Sequence record: DRR723986_4137
Length of the DNA stretch: 64,000 nt
Reading direction: 5' to 3' (one strand)
The notes beneath the pieces are model-generated. The model made no database searches and was not told the DNA's origin. It saw nothing but the letters and a program-made list of their open reading frames with translations. This document shows, piece by piece, positions 17,711 through 28,344 of the stretch; position 1 is the first letter of the stretch, and each line of letters starts with the position of its first letter. A program made the position numbers and the translations under genes.

Positions 17711-18637
17711 CTAGTTGAGCACTTTCAGCGAAGTTGGCTTGAGCCATGATACCTTGCCCTGCTTGCGAACCACGCTGCCTTCGACCGCGAGTCGCATTCC
17801 GTCGAATCGAGCGGCATAGATTTGGGGATAGCGACGGTGCGCGTCCTCGACGACCGTAACGCTTCCATCATCGCCAACAACCGCCAAGCCAAGTTCGCTC
17901 GGAGCGGAGATTGGTTTGACCCCAAATTCACAACCAGCACAGCCACTTCGACCAACCAAACGTACCGTTGAATTCGTCGCCTGAGCGGAACCGGCGGACT
18001 TCATAGCTGGTGCAACCTTCGAAACAAACTGCATCGGACTGCGACGAAATACGTCCGCTTCCCGAGCCGATGGGAACTGGTACCGCAAACCATCGTGGAA
18101 GACCGTGTGCTCCGCACTGCCCGGAACATGCTTGTTCATTTTGGCCATGCACACAATGCACTCGCCATTGATCGCCAAGTCGCTGTTTACGTAAGCGTCC
18201 GGTGACTGTTTGAACATCGCCAGCTCTTTGGCGCTCGGGAACAGGTAGACGCGCCCGCGGTTCAACGTCGCAAATTGTGGCTTGCCTGGCACTCGCTTGC
18301 CGTGCTTTTCGTAGCAAACGATGCAGTCGCCGTTGAGTGCCGGAACGTACTTCGCCGGGTTGGCTTCGAACTTGGCCTTCACCGCGTCGCTGGGGAACAG
18401 GTAAGTCACGCCATCAAAAGTTGAACGAATACTCTCCTTGCCCTTCTCCCATTTTTTCATCTCGATCAAGCAGACTGGGCAATACCCATCCAGGCCGACC
18501 CACATCTGCTTCATCTCTTTTTTCATCATCCCCTGCTGCTGATGCTGAGCTCGCACCATTGCGAAAGGCATAAGAGCAACTGCTGCTGAGAGGGTTGCGA
18601 CGGTCAAGCGAGATCGAAGACGGAGCGACATGTGCAT
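17711..18637 (-). CDS. Secreted protein with three YHS-like repeats
   Basis: Three repeats beginning GYCPVC, GDCIVC and GECIVC, each with Y-x-FPS...F...P..Y/F. C-terminal CAGC domain. Signal peptide from ATG 18637. Confidence 0.85.
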   Translation of the reverse strand: MHMSLRLRSRLTVATLSAAVALMPFAMVRAQHQQQGMMKKEMKQMWVGLDGYCPVCLIEMKKWEKGKESIRSTFDGVTYLFPSDAVKAKFEANPAKYVPALNGDCIVCYEKHGKRVPGKPQFATLNRGRVYLFPSAKELAMFKQSPDAYVNSDLAINGECIVCMAKMNKHVPGSAEHTVFHDGLRYQFPSAREADVFRRSPMQFVSKVAPAMKSAGSAQATNSTVRLVGRSGCAGCEFGVKPISAPSELGLAVVGDDGSVTVVEDAHRRYPQIYAARFDGMRLAVEGSVVRKQGKVSWLKPTSLKVLN

Positions 18638-18781
18638 GGGATTGTTCCTACTTTTGGGAAGAAGCATTGATTTGTTGGCTAGATAACAAGTTACGCGTCT
18701 CACCGCCGAGCGGCACTGATTGGGCTGTGTCGACTGCTCAATCAACAGTCAACACACCTCGTAACTCTCTGACACGCAAAC

Positions 18782-18807
18782 GACGCCACCATGCCGCGTC
18801 GCCTTAC
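18782..18807 (-). promoter_or_regulatory. Putative ECF-type promoter GTAAG-N17-CGTC
   Basis: About 145 nt upstream of the YHS start; third copy of the motif. Confidence 0.4.
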
Positions 18808-19126
18808 CAAACAATCTCAGAAACTTTCCCTTCAACAGCATCGTTTTCCACGCATAGAAAATCTGCGTGAAATCACCCACACAACTCGCCGTCCTCTGTG
18901 AACAACGAGACACTCGTGACTAGTGCATGCAATTAACAAGTGCGAGACTTTGCCAGCAAGAATGCGGTAAGTCGGACCTGTTGAGACGTCGCGTGCATTC
19001 GCGACTCGCTCGAAACGAATAGGCAGTTTCGCGGGAGAAGAGGGGGCGTTCTAGCCTAGAACGCCAGGAAGATGGAGGTCAGAGCGCTGGCCGATGTTGC
19101 TTGCCAGCGAGGGAAGGCGTGAAGAC

Positions 19127-20515
19127 CTAGCTTTTGCCGATTGAGCTCGTTTCGAAGCCGAGTTTGCGCAGGTGCAGCGCGTCCAAGACGTTTCGACCGT
19201 CGAAGACGAACGCTGGCTGGTGCATATTCTGGTAAACACGTTCAAAATCCAGCGAACGGAATTCGTCCCACTCGGTCAAGACAGCAATTGCGTGAGCACT
19301 TTCGGCGGCATCGAGAGCGCTGTCGGCGACCGCCAGGTTCTGTTCAATGAGCGCCGCGTCCTCCTTTGAAATCTCGCCACCCGGTGGAGCCATTGCCCGA
19401 TGAAGATCGCCTCGCATCTGAGTTTCACTCACTTGCGGATCGTAGACAACCAACTTGGCCCGCTCACGCAACAAATCGCGAGCCACGTAAATAGCCGCTG
19501 ACTCGCGCGTGTCATTGGTGTCTTTCTTGAACGCCCAACCCCAGATGGCAATCTTCTTGTCAGAAACAGTGTTGAACATGGTCCGCACGATGTTGGCTGC
19601 GAAACGCCGTTTCTGATAGTCGTTCATCGTGACGACTTGTTCCCAGTAAGCGGCCACTTCCTTCAGGCCGAAATACTCACATAGATACACCAGGTTCAGA
19701 ATGTCCTTTTGAAAGCAACTGCCGCCGAAGCCGACGGAGGACTTCAGGAACTTAGGGCCAATTCGCGAGTCTGTGCCAATAGCCCGCGCGACTTCATCAA
19801 CATCGGCTCCCGTTGCTTCGCAGAGTGCGCTAATCGCGTTGATTGATGAAACACGTTGTGCAAGGAACGCGTTCGCAGTAAGCTTCGATAGCTCGCTACT
19901 CCAGAGGTTGGTTGTCAGGATTTGCTCTTTGGGTACCCAAGTTTCGTAGACGCTGGAGAGGGCGGCAATTGCGTCTTTAGATTCGCCGCCAATGAGAACA
20001 CGGTCCGGATTGAGCAGGTCCTCGATGGCCGTCCCCTCGGCGAGAAACTCGGGGTTGCTCAGAACATCAAACGATGCATCGGTACTGACGCTGCTCAAGA
20101 TGCGTTTCACCGCTTCCGCAGTTCGCACAGGCAACGTTGACTTTTCGACGACAATTTTGTGTCCCGTTGAGACGGTTGCGATCTGACGAGCACACTTTTC
20201 GACAAACTCTAGGTTTGCCGCCCTGCCTCGCCCCACTCCGTATGTCTTGGTTGGCGTATTGACCGAAATGAAAATCATTTCCGACGAACGAATCGCTTCG
20301 TCGACATTCGTGGAGAACGTCAGGTTTCGTCCTCTGGCCTCCGCAACAACCTCCGCCAAGCCTGGTTCGTAGATTGGAAGTTGGTCAGAATTCCAAGCCG
20401 CAATACGGTCTGCGTTCACGTCGACCACGTGGACGTTAATGTGCGGGCACTGCTTGGCAATCATTGCCATCGTCGGGCCGCCAACGTAGCCAGCTCCAAT
20501 GCAACAGATCTTCAC
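19127..20515 (-). CDS. ugd: UDP-glucose 6-dehydrogenase
   Basis: [41 protein letters not shown] (catalytic Cys) and [12 protein letters not shown] motifs. Confidence 0.96.
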   Translation of the reverse strand: MKICCIGAGYVGGPTMAMIAKQCPHINVHVVDVNADRIAAWNSDQLPIYEPGLAEVVAEARGRNLTFSTNVDEAIRSSEMIFISVNTPTKTYGVGRGRAANLEFVEKCARQIATVSTGHKIVVEKSTLPVRTAEAVKRILSSVSTDASFDVLSNPEFLAEGTAIEDLLNPDRVLIGGESKDAIAALSSVYETWVPKEQILTTNLWSSELSKLTANAFLAQRVSSINAISALCEATGADVDEVARAIGTDSRIGPKFLKSSVGFGGSCFQKDILNLVYLCEYFGLKEVAAYWEQVVTMNDYQKRRFAANIVRTMFNTVSDKKIAIWGWAFKKDTNDTRESAAIYVARDLLRERAKLVVYDPQVSETQMRGDLHRAMAPPGGEISKEDAALIEQNLAVADSALDAAESAHAIAVLTEWDEFRSLDFERVYQNMHQPAFVFDGRNVLDALHLRKLGFETSSIGKS

Positions 20516-20587
20516 AAACGACTCTCCTGATATCTTGTTGCTATGTTCTGAGGAGTCGTTCGCAGTAAATTGAGAAATGCTGGCGAG

Positions 20588-21157
20588 CTAGATCGACTCC
20601 ATCTGGCAATCATCCAGTGCTACCGAAACGCCTTGTTCCATGAAGCGAACGTTGACGACCAATCGCAATTCATTGTCGCGGCGAAGCACTGTACCTTCAT
20701 AACCAGCAAAGCTACCAGACTTTACACGAATCCTGTCCCCAGGCTCAATTCGCGCTTCCGGCGTCAATGGCGCACCAGTTTGAACGAGCCCTTCGATCAA
20801 GGCAAGATCCGCCGTCAATTCTTGCGGCGACTCGACAGGAAGGCATCGACTCACGCAACCGCTGTCGATGGCGACAAACCTTGCTTGCTCATCTCCAGAG
20901 AGGAATACGTAATTCGAGAATAGCGGGATATGTGTCGTCCGCAGTCTGCCGTTGGGTGACCGATAGCGCTTTTCCACTGTCGGGCAATAAAAAGGCACTT
21001 CAGCAGCAAGTAGCGTTCGGCAGAGCTTCTTCTCTTGCTTTGAAAGCGTGTACAGAGCCCACCAATCACCAGAATTGGCCGATGTGAGCAAATCGCAGGG
21101 ATAGAGAGTTGTCTCTGGGGCGAGGATCGGCATGTTAAACACCACGAAATCAGACAA
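20588..21157 (-). CDS. Specialised NusG paralogue (UpxY/RfaH/LoaP-like antiterminator)
   Basis: NGN domain WWALYT...QEK...PLFSNYVF. KOW motif PGDRIRVKSGSFAGYEG. Located inside a polysaccharide locus. Confidence 0.9.
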   Translation of the reverse strand: MSDFVVFNMPILAPETTLYPCDLLTSANSGDWWALYTLSKQEKKLCRTLLAAEVPFYCPTVEKRYRSPNGRLRTTHIPLFSNYVFLSGDEQARFVAIDSGCVSRCLPVESPQELTADLALIEGLVQTGAPLTPEARIEPGDRIRVKSGSFAGYEGTVLRRDNELRLVVNVRFMEQGVSVALDDCQMESI

Positions 21158-21295
21158 TGAGGCTACTTGTAAAATGTAGTAGCGTCATTTTCTCGTCGAA
21201 GGTTGCACCAAATGAGCAGACAATGCAAATGAATTTGCCAGCCGCGTCGAGACGCAGCGATTAACCGGAAAGTGGTGGACTTTGCCCTGTCTAGG

Positions 21296-22831
21296 TCAGT
21301 TGGCGACCATTTCTGGCAGGTTTTCTTTTTCACTGGTCGGCGTTTGACGAGCCGCCAGCTCAGTTGGCAGCGACATGATCGTTTCAATCTGCGGGATCAA
21401 GTCTTCGCAGAGTTCAACCAGTTTTCCGACACCGCCCAAACAACCAGCATTCTGAGTCGGGCCAACGACATCGAGTCGCCCGGCGAGACGTCCGTCGGCG
21501 TAGATCGGCAAAGAGGTCGACCAACGCTCTAGCTTGTCAGGCATCTTGCCACGATACCATGTGCCATGAAAACCTTCTTCTAGCCAGGGCACATTTAGAT
21601 CCATGTGCAATTTCGAGAGAGATTCAGCTTCCGCGAATTCGACAAGAGTCTGCCAAACGGTTTCCCACTGCCGCGAGCCCTGCAATCGGACGGCTTTTTG
21701 ACGGACTTCATTGGGGACGCATTTGCGAACGGGCTGCAAAAAGCTGCGGGCGAAGTGTGTGCCGCGGCGAGCGAGCAGTGCCACTTCGGCGTAACCAAAG
21801 GCCTTGGTCGCCACCAGCATAGCGAAGACGACAGCAACGCTGATTGGGGCAATCCAGTCGCGCCCGAGTGCTTGACCGAGCAGTGCTCCTGCAGCAGTGA
21901 TCAGAGACAAAACCGTTACGGCCAGCAAAAGCCCCTTATCTCCGAGTCCTTTGTTACGAAGTGTGTGGTGCAAATGAGCACGGTCGGTGGTGTAGATCGA
22001 ACGGCCGGTTAACTTCCGGCGAACGATGGCCATCGCAGAATCCAAGAGCGGCAGAGCTAGGATCGCCAATGGTGCCAAAAACGCAACGCTTGCCGGCCCC
22101 TTGAGCGAGCAACGAATTGCAAGAGCTCCAGTCACCATGCCGATTAACAGACTTCCTGAATCACCCAGGAAAATTGTGGCTGGTGGAAAATTGTAGACCA
22201 GGAAACCGACGAGTGCTCCAGCAAAAGCGAAGGCAATCGCAGCCTCTGCGAAGTGCCCGTTAACGGAGGCAAGAATTCCTAAGGATCCAGATATAATGGC
22301 GCCCAATGTCGAGCAGAGGCCGTCAGCCCCATCTATCAGGTTCAGTGCGTTGGTTGTGGCAAGAAGCCAAACAATGCTGATTGGAATGGACAGAAGTCCT
22401 AATTCGAAATCGAAGCCCATCAGTTGGATCTGACCGATGCGGAATCCAGAAAACGCAAGCAATCCTGCAAAGAACACTTGTCCCAAGAGCTTTTGCCGGC
22501 CTCGCAGCGTCCAGATGTCATCGGCAAGCCCCAGCAGCCAAATCCCAACCATGGCGGTCAATAACGCCACGTAGGGCAAATAATGGTTGACGCTGAGTGA
22601 GACGACATTGAGTTGAAAAATTGCGAGGCCGCAAACCGCAAGTACGGAGAACAGAACTGCGGTACCTCCAGCTCGCGCGACGATTCTTCCGTGAAGTTTG
22701 CGGCGTCCATCTGGGCAATCCACAATTCCAAAACGGATCGCGGCGAGTCTGACCAAGGGAGTTAGGCAGACCGCGCACAGGAAGCTGCTAATAACAATTA
22801 GCGAGTGGGCGATTACATAGTCGTCGAACAT
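21296..22831 (-). CDS. wecA: Undecaprenyl-phosphate GlcNAc-1-phosphate transferase (WecA/MraY family) with C-terminal extension
   Basis: GLADD, NALNLIDGADGL, YNFPPATIFLGDSGS and DRAHLHH motifs. Many TM helices. Confidence 0.9.
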   Translation of the reverse strand: MFDDYVIAHSLIVISSFLCAVCLTPLVRLAAIRFGIVDCPDGRRKLHGRIVARAGGTAVLFSVLAVCGLAIFQLNVVSLSVNHYLPYVALLTAMVGIWLLGLADDIWTLRGRQKLLGQVFFAGLLAFSGFRIGQIQLMGFDFELGLLSIPISIVWLLATTNALNLIDGADGLCSTLGAIISGSLGILASVNGHFAEAAIAFAFAGALVGFLVYNFPPATIFLGDSGSLLIGMVTGALAIRCSLKGPASVAFLAPLAILALPLLDSAMAIVRRKLTGRSIYTTDRAHLHHTLRNKGLGDKGLLLAVTVLSLITAAGALLGQALGRDWIAPISVAVVFAMLVATKAFGYAEVALLARRGTHFARSFLQPVRKCVPNEVRQKAVRLQGSRQWETVWQTLVEFAEAESLSKLHMDLNVPWLEEGFHGTWYRGKMPDKLERWSTSLPIYADGRLAGRLDVVGPTQNAGCLGGVGKLVELCEDLIPQIETIMSLPTELAARQTPTSEKENLPEMVAN

Positions 22832-23058
22832 GCTGCTGGCTCATCCACGGGCGAGATAACTATCAGAACGGCTGCTTTCCACAATGAATGCAGACTTCCT
22901 AAACTTCCAGTTTCCGTTTAGGCAAGTTTGAGAGTCCTCCGCTGAGCGGTCATTCTATGGCGGTTATGCAGGTTTGGACAGCTTTGTGATGAGTTCTGTC
23001 AGATTTTCGTCGACTTGGTTGTCCGCAACACCCCGCAGTGAGATGCTTGAAGCCTACG

Positions 23059-23094
23059 AAAAAAGCCATCCAAGGCATTGCCTCGGATGGCTTT
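23059..23094 (-). terminator. Intrinsic terminator between wza and wecA
   Basis: Minus strand AAAGCCATCCGAGGC-aat-GCCTTGGATGGCTTTTTT. Confidence 0.85.
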
Positions 23095-23119
23095 GAATGA
23101 TTGACGGGAAACTTTTGAA

Positions 23120-24481
23120 CTAGTTGAACAGTTCTCGAATTCCGTAGGTGAAGAAAGCTCCAATTCCAAAGTTGATGGCTTCTTCGCACGGCTTGTACTG
23201 GAGTATCAAAGTGTCGCCCGGTTGGATAATTGGGCGAAGTCTCGGATCATTGACAGCCTTCGAAATGTCGACTTCTATCGCAATCTGCCCATTGCAAGGT
23301 GTCTCTCGCAGGATGTATAAGCGGCCTGGAGGCACGACCTGGGTGTTTCCGACTAAGCCCCCAGCTCCTCCGCCAGTACGATTGATGCTGGAAACACCAG
23401 CGCCAGCCATTGCCATAGCACCGAGTGCATCAAGATCGTAGTCGCGAGGGATCGGCCACTGTCCACCGGGCAGTAATCCACCGGTATAGAAAAACTCGTT
23501 CTCACGTGATTCGATCAGGACGATATCACCTTCCTGCAGAATAACGTCCTCTGGTCGGATGCTGGGCCAAACTCCAGGTGGAAGACGCAACGGAATTTTA
23601 AGGACCGTTGGATCCTCTGGCATTGGAGGTGGGCAACTGCATGGATCAGTGTGGCAACTAATCATCTGTTGATACTGTTGAACAAACTGTCGACGAGCTT
23701 CTCTGCTCTTCTTGCTACTCCGAAGAATCTTGATCTCATTTTTGGCACCATTTCCCGGAAGGCCACCAGTTTGGCTTAACGCTCGAAGAATGTCGTTCTC
23801 GAAAGCGTTCAGCTTTACGATCGAACTATCGCCTCTTGCTTCGTTGCCGACGACGCCGCGTCCTGAGCGACTAATTTGTTCAAGTTGGAACGCTCTTTGT
23901 GCAGTATCCTGCCGAACTACGATTACCTGGATCTGACGCTTCTTGATGATCGTCACCAGTGGGCTAACATTCGCGACATCCGGAAGGATGTTCGATTCGA
24001 CATATGTTTTGCGAATCAAATCGCGGGCTTGATCCGTGGTCAACCCTTCAACTTTTATAGGGTCCAACAAAGGAAGCGAGATTGTTCCATCGTCAATGAT
24101 GGTGATCGGAAATCCAGTCGACGGTGGAAGGTTGTCAGACTGTTCTGGGAAGTGGACTGGTGGAGGTTCAGGCGTCGCCTCAACTGACGTTGCTGGGAGG
24201 ATACTATCAACAGTAATCCCTAATACATCACCCGGGCCGAGTGTGTAGTCCCGTGGTGGTTCTTGGGCTAAAAGACTGATGTCAATTGGCACCAAGTTGT
24301 CCTTTTCACCCTGGAAAAACTGAGGTGGCAAGCGATCTGATGGAACCCCATTGATTGGTTGAGTCAGGGCGGTGCAGCCACTTCCGGAGAAGATCATTGC
24401 AACGGCCAGCAATGAAAGGGAGGCTGACTGTCGCTTTGGTTTGACGGCGGCTGCCGCCGGGTGCTTCATTCTGTATTTCAT
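23120..24481 (-). CDS. wza: Polysaccharide export lipoprotein (Wza/Poly_export family)
   Basis: Lipobox FSGSGC. YTLGPGDVLGI and DDGTISLPLLDPIKVEGLT motifs, SLBB-like segments, IQPGDTL. Start uncertain (24469-24511). Confidence 0.85.
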   Translation of the reverse strand: MKYRMKHPAAAAVKPKRQSASLSLLAVAMIFSGSGCTALTQPINGVPSDRLPPQFFQGEKDNLVPIDISLLAQEPPRDYTLGPGDVLGITVDSILPATSVEATPEPPPVHFPEQSDNLPPSTGFPITIIDDGTISLPLLDPIKVEGLTTDQARDLIRKTYVESNILPDVANVSPLVTIIKKRQIQVIVVRQDTAQRAFQLEQISRSGRGVVGNEARGDSSIVKLNAFENDILRALSQTGGLPGNGAKNEIKILRSSKKSREARRQFVQQYQQMISCHTDPCSCPPPMPEDPTVLKIPLRLPPGVWPSIRPEDVILQEGDIVLIESRENEFFYTGGLLPGGQWPIPRDYDLDALGAMAMAGAGVSSINRTGGGAGGLVGNTQVVPPGRLYILRETPCNGQIAIEVDISKAVNDPRLRPIIQPGDTLILQYKPCEEAINFGIGAFFTYGIRELFN

Positions 24482-24545
24482 GGCACTGTGCTTTCTGTTG
24501 CGTATTCTCAAGTGCTTGATGTTCAGTTCGATTTCGCCTCAGTCA

Positions 24546-25277
24546 CTACTGATGGGTGACTGTTGGCAAGCCTTGAGGTGCACTAATGCTGCCTCTTATC
24601 AATTGTTCGCCATCTCCGACCGGAATCGAGTCCAGAGGGATTCGGCTACCGTCTGCCATCGGGATCATGATCGCTGGCTTGGGTGGTTCTTTTGGTGCAG
24701 GCAATTGCGGTGCATTTGGGTCTGGGATCGGGTACAGAGCACCCTCATGAGTCAAAATCCCTGCTTGCTGATACTGAGCCTGCGTGCCGGCCGACATGGG
24801 GACCTGATTCCAATGGGAAACACCGTCTTCTTCCGCAGCACGAGCTCCATGTGGATAGCCCGCGAACCAAGCCGAAGTCTTCGCCTGGCCTTCGGCTGAC
24901 TGGTATTCCCAGCTCCAGTACTCCGACGGCGGGAACGCAGGCGTGCAACCGTCTGAGCCAGAGGCTACGGATTCGTAACCAGCTCGGAAACCCGCACAGA
25001 ACTCGCCGGAGTATTTCTCCTTGCAGAATCGGTGTTTGCGTCGATGCCAAGCCTTGGCGGACATCGATCGGTTGCGAAGAACGACGACCGTGTCGTTCCA
25101 GGAACCGTTTCGGGTCATTGCTACCCAGCCGTTGTGGACTACGCTACATCCACTTGATGCGACTGCGGCAATGGCCAAAGTGCTGGTTGTAAGGATTTTC
25201 GCTAGCGACATTGTCCGTCGTTGCGAGGTGAGGAGCTTGGGCTTTCCCACCTTTGAGGCAATACTAGTAGACGACAT
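24546..25277 (-). CDS. Hypothetical lipoprotein
   Basis: Lipobox VASSGC. GFRAGY...WFAGY..GA..AEEDG segment and a Pro-rich tail. Start uncertain (25211-25307). Confidence 0.75.
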   Translation of the reverse strand: MSSTSIASKVGKPKLLTSQRRTMSLAKILTTSTLAIAAVASSGCSVVHNGWVAMTRNGSWNDTVVVLRNRSMSAKAWHRRKHRFCKEKYSGEFCAGFRAGYESVASGSDGCTPAFPPSEYWSWEYQSAEGQAKTSAWFAGYPHGARAAEEDGVSHWNQVPMSAGTQAQYQQAGILTHEGALYPIPDPNAPQLPAPKEPPKPAIMIPMADGSRIPLDSIPVGDGEQLIRGSISAPQGLPTVTHQ

Positions 25278-25479
25278 CCTGTCGACCCCCCGAGTTCGAT
25301 CCGTCAATTCGTTTCTATTGGCCAGCGCAGGTTTGGGCGTTTCGAGAATTCAAGCGCGGACCTGCTAGCGGTTACCCTTATGATCGTTTGGTAACCTGTA
25401 CCGAGTTGAACAATTCTGGCGTTTATTCGTTTTGCTCTTGCATTCCAACAGCCGTGCCTCTTGTCTGATTGAGGAAGAG

Positions 25480-28086
25480 ATGCCGAATCCAAATGCCCAA
25501 ACACTCGCGAATAGACACCTTGCGAAGCTGCCGCGAGAACGTGGCCTGGCCGTTGTCGCCGGCACGGTCGGGCAAGCCGTGTTGCTGGGGCTTGTGCTAT
25601 GGGTTCCCTGGATCTACGGCAGTGCCAGGTGGAGCGAGCAACGCTATCTATATCCCGCCCTGCTCCTTGTGGTTGCTGCGTGTCTGTTAGCAACGCACGC
25701 AGGACGGCGGCCAATTGTCAATTCTTGGCCCAGCAGACTGGTGCTGATTCTGGTTGCTCTGACAAGCATTCAGATTCTGCCTCTTCCCGAAGCTCTCTGG
25801 ACGCATGTTTCTGCCATTCCAACCGAGGTTTCCGCCCTCGATGACCAGATGTCATTGTGGGGGTATACCGATACCGAGATGCCGAGACTGCTTTCGCAGG
25901 TTCCCCGAACAGTTAGCGTAAATCCAGAGTACACGCGGGCAGCACTTTCAATGCTGTGTTGTGGGATGTTAGTGTTCTTGTGTGGAAGTCAGTTATTCTG
26001 CACACGGCGGTCATTGGTGGTCCTCCTCGCGACGATTGCATGTGCTGGTTTGGCTTTCTCCACATGGGGCCTTATTCTGAAGTTGAACCCAGACAGTCTC
26101 ACATCGGGGTTGCGTCTACAGAATACGTCCTTCAGTACCTTTTACAATGCGAACACGGTCGCTCAATATTTAGCCTCTGCAGTCGGTGCCGTGTTGGGCC
26201 TAATGATGTACGCATTGCCCAAGCTAAGAATGGGGTGGTCGAACTTTCGCGAACTGATCAGTTCTCCGATACAGCTAGTGCCGATTCTGACCTTGTCGCT
26301 CTGGTTAGCTGTGCTATTTCTTGCCATCGCGATGGCGAATAGTAGAGGCGGCACTGTTGCGACGCTACTCGCTGTTCCGGCAGTCGCCTTGGTTGTCTTT
26401 CAAAATCGGCAGAGCTCGCAAGCCGGGAGCATCGTTTTGCTTTCCGCACTTCTATTGATAGGGCTATTTGTCTTGCCCATGCTGGGAGGTGGCGAAGTGG
26501 CTGAACAGCTCTCTTCCCTTAACCAAGAGCTTTATGACAGGGACAACGTACGAATCGACATTTGGAGAATGGTTGTCGGACGACCGGAGTCTTGGACGCT
26601 TGGCGGTGGTTTGGGGGCTTTTCAATTTGGTGTACTCTCCAGTTATCCTCAGCCAGAACGCGCGTGGTTCTATCACGGTGAATCTCTGTATTTCGAGATG
26701 CTTTACTGTCTCGGGCCGTTGGGTTTGCTATCGCTTTTGGCGATCATAATTAGTTCGTTAGCTACGCAAGTTAGACTCAAGGCAAATTCACGAGCATTAC
26801 AAGCGTCGGCGCTTGCCGCAAGTTTTCCGCTAATTGTTATCTCGATCAACTCAGTGACGGATTTCGGGTTTGTTGTACCTGCCGTTTGGCTCCCGTTCAC
26901 CTTGTTGATGGGGGCATTTTGGGGCCAAAAGGAACGGGCTACCATTCGAGTAAAAACCAAGACACGGCGGAAATCGTCCTCCGCAAACCGCAAGAGGGAA
27001 TCACACAAAGCCCCCACTGGCAGAGGCAAGTCGTCGTTTCGGTTTCTCCAAAGCCTGCTCGTAGTCGGAATCCTGTGCGTGATTGGGGGCCTGACCTGGC
27101 CTTCGGTTCACGCCTTGTCGAAAGCGGAGGCTATTGCCAAGGGGCTGATGCCTCCTCGCCCGAGCTCCAGCTCCGCCGAAGTACGGCTGCAGTCCGCGCG
27201 AGCAGAACAGGCGGAAATCGAGCTATTCATTGCGCAGCATTTAGATGGGCTAGAGGGTTTGCCGCAAACGCAGCTTGCAAGCCTTAAGAACTTGGGAGTT
27301 ATCACTGCGGTACTAAGAGGGACAGATCCTGCGTTCGGGGAACTGCAAACGCTCTTCGAGCCAATTCGGGAAGACCTAGACTCCAAGCTAGGTAGCAATG
27401 CTGAGCAATTCGCCAGCGTGCTAACGAATTGTCCAGTTGACTGGCGAGCGAGTTGGGGAATCTTGAGAACGGGAGTGGGGAATCAGCGGTCACGTGCAAG
27501 TGCATTTGCTGGGCTAACCAGATTCGGCAAGTGTGCTTCGGAAGTACTTGATGCAGCGGCTTTCAGCGCTCTACTAGCTGGTGAAAAGCAGCCTGCGTTT
27601 ACTTTGCTTAGGCAAGTTTTGCCAACTAGTTTCGGGGCAAGAAGTCGTTTACCCGCGTTCGTCCCGGCTTTGTTGTCGGTCGACGAGATGTTGCAGGTCT
27701 TCCCAGAGGATGCCATACAGCTTGCTGAAGTCGCCCGCCAATTCGATACTCGCGGCGATTCAGGACTGGCTCTACGGCTACTGGATTCAATTCGACTCGA
27801 CAAGTTCAATGAAAATTCTGCAGACGCTTCTGACTACGAGTTGTTGTCGTGGGCGGCGTCGATGACAGGTGACTTGGAACTACAGACTCAATTTCTGAGT
27901 CGAGCAGCGACTGCGGCCCCGTCATCGCACCGCCTCAGCTACGAGCTTGCCGTTTTACTTCGCGAGCGAGGGCAATTGGAAGAGGCCCTGGTTGAAATTG
28001 AACATGCCGCCCAATTGCGACCGGACATTGGCCGTTACCGAATGCTGGCGGAGGAATTGGGGAAACTTTTGCAGGACAAGCCGTAG
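25480..28086 (+). CDS. O-antigen ligase (Wzy_C) family membrane protein with C-terminal TPRs
   Basis: STFYNAN, ANSRGG, RIDIW, GGGLGAF and YHGESLYFE motifs. C-terminal TPR helices. ATG 25480 with RBS GAGGA. Confidence 0.85.
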   Translation: MPNPNAQTLANRHLAKLPRERGLAVVAGTVGQAVLLGLVLWVPWIYGSARWSEQRYLYPALLLVVAACLLATHAGRRPIVNSWPSRLVLILVALTSIQILPLPEALWTHVSAIPTEVSALDDQMSLWGYTDTEMPRLLSQVPRTVSVNPEYTRAALSMLCCGMLVFLCGSQLFCTRRSLVVLLATIACAGLAFSTWGLILKLNPDSLTSGLRLQNTSFSTFYNANTVAQYLASAVGAVLGLMMYALPKLRMGWSNFRELISSPIQLVPILTLSLWLAVLFLAIAMANSRGGTVATLLAVPAVALVVFQNRQSSQAGSIVLLSALLLIGLFVLPMLGGGEVAEQLSSLNQELYDRDNVRIDIWRMVVGRPESWTLGGGLGAFQFGVLSSYPQPERAWFYHGESLYFEMLYCLGPLGLLSLLAIIISSLATQVRLKANSRALQASALAASFPLIVISINSVTDFGFVVPAVWLPFTLLMGAFWGQKERATIRVKTKTRRKSSSANRKRESHKAPTGRGKSSFRFLQSLLVVGILCVIGGLTWPSVHALSKAEAIAKGLMPPRPSSSSAEVRLQSARAEQAEIELFIAQHLDGLEGLPQTQLASLKNLGVITAVLRGTDPAFGELQTLFEPIREDLDSKLGSNAEQFASVLTNCPVDWRASWGILRTGVGNQRSRASAFAGLTRFGKCASEVLDAAAFSALLAGEKQPAFTLLRQVLPTSFGARSRLPAFVPALLSVDEMLQVFPEDAIQLAEVARQFDTRGDSGLALRLLDSIRLDKFNENSADASDYELLSWAASMTGDLELQTQFLSRAATAAPSSHRLSYELAVLLRERGQLEEALVEIEHAAQLRPDIGRYRMLAEELGKLLQDKP

Positions 28087-28344
28087 AGCACCAAGTTCCA
28101 CAACCAAGTGTTTTCTAAAGATGTTCCATGTGGAGGGTACAATCCCTGCATTCGCTACCAGTCGTCCGACCCGAGAATTTTTAACCTCTGATTCGATGTG
28201 TCCCCACGAATCGTAGGCGTCAGGCTCGCCTTAAACTACGTCGCGCCTATAATTGGACTCCGTCGACGCATTCCGTCGCAGGAACTATCTTTCTCCTCAA
28301 TGAAGTCAATTTTTCCGCGGTTAGCACCGCTGAGAGAACACCCT

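Noticed and set aside
18967-18990. Fourth GTAAG...CGTC motif
   Set aside because: 15-nt spacer and points into the 3' end of the convergent ugd gene; likely chance
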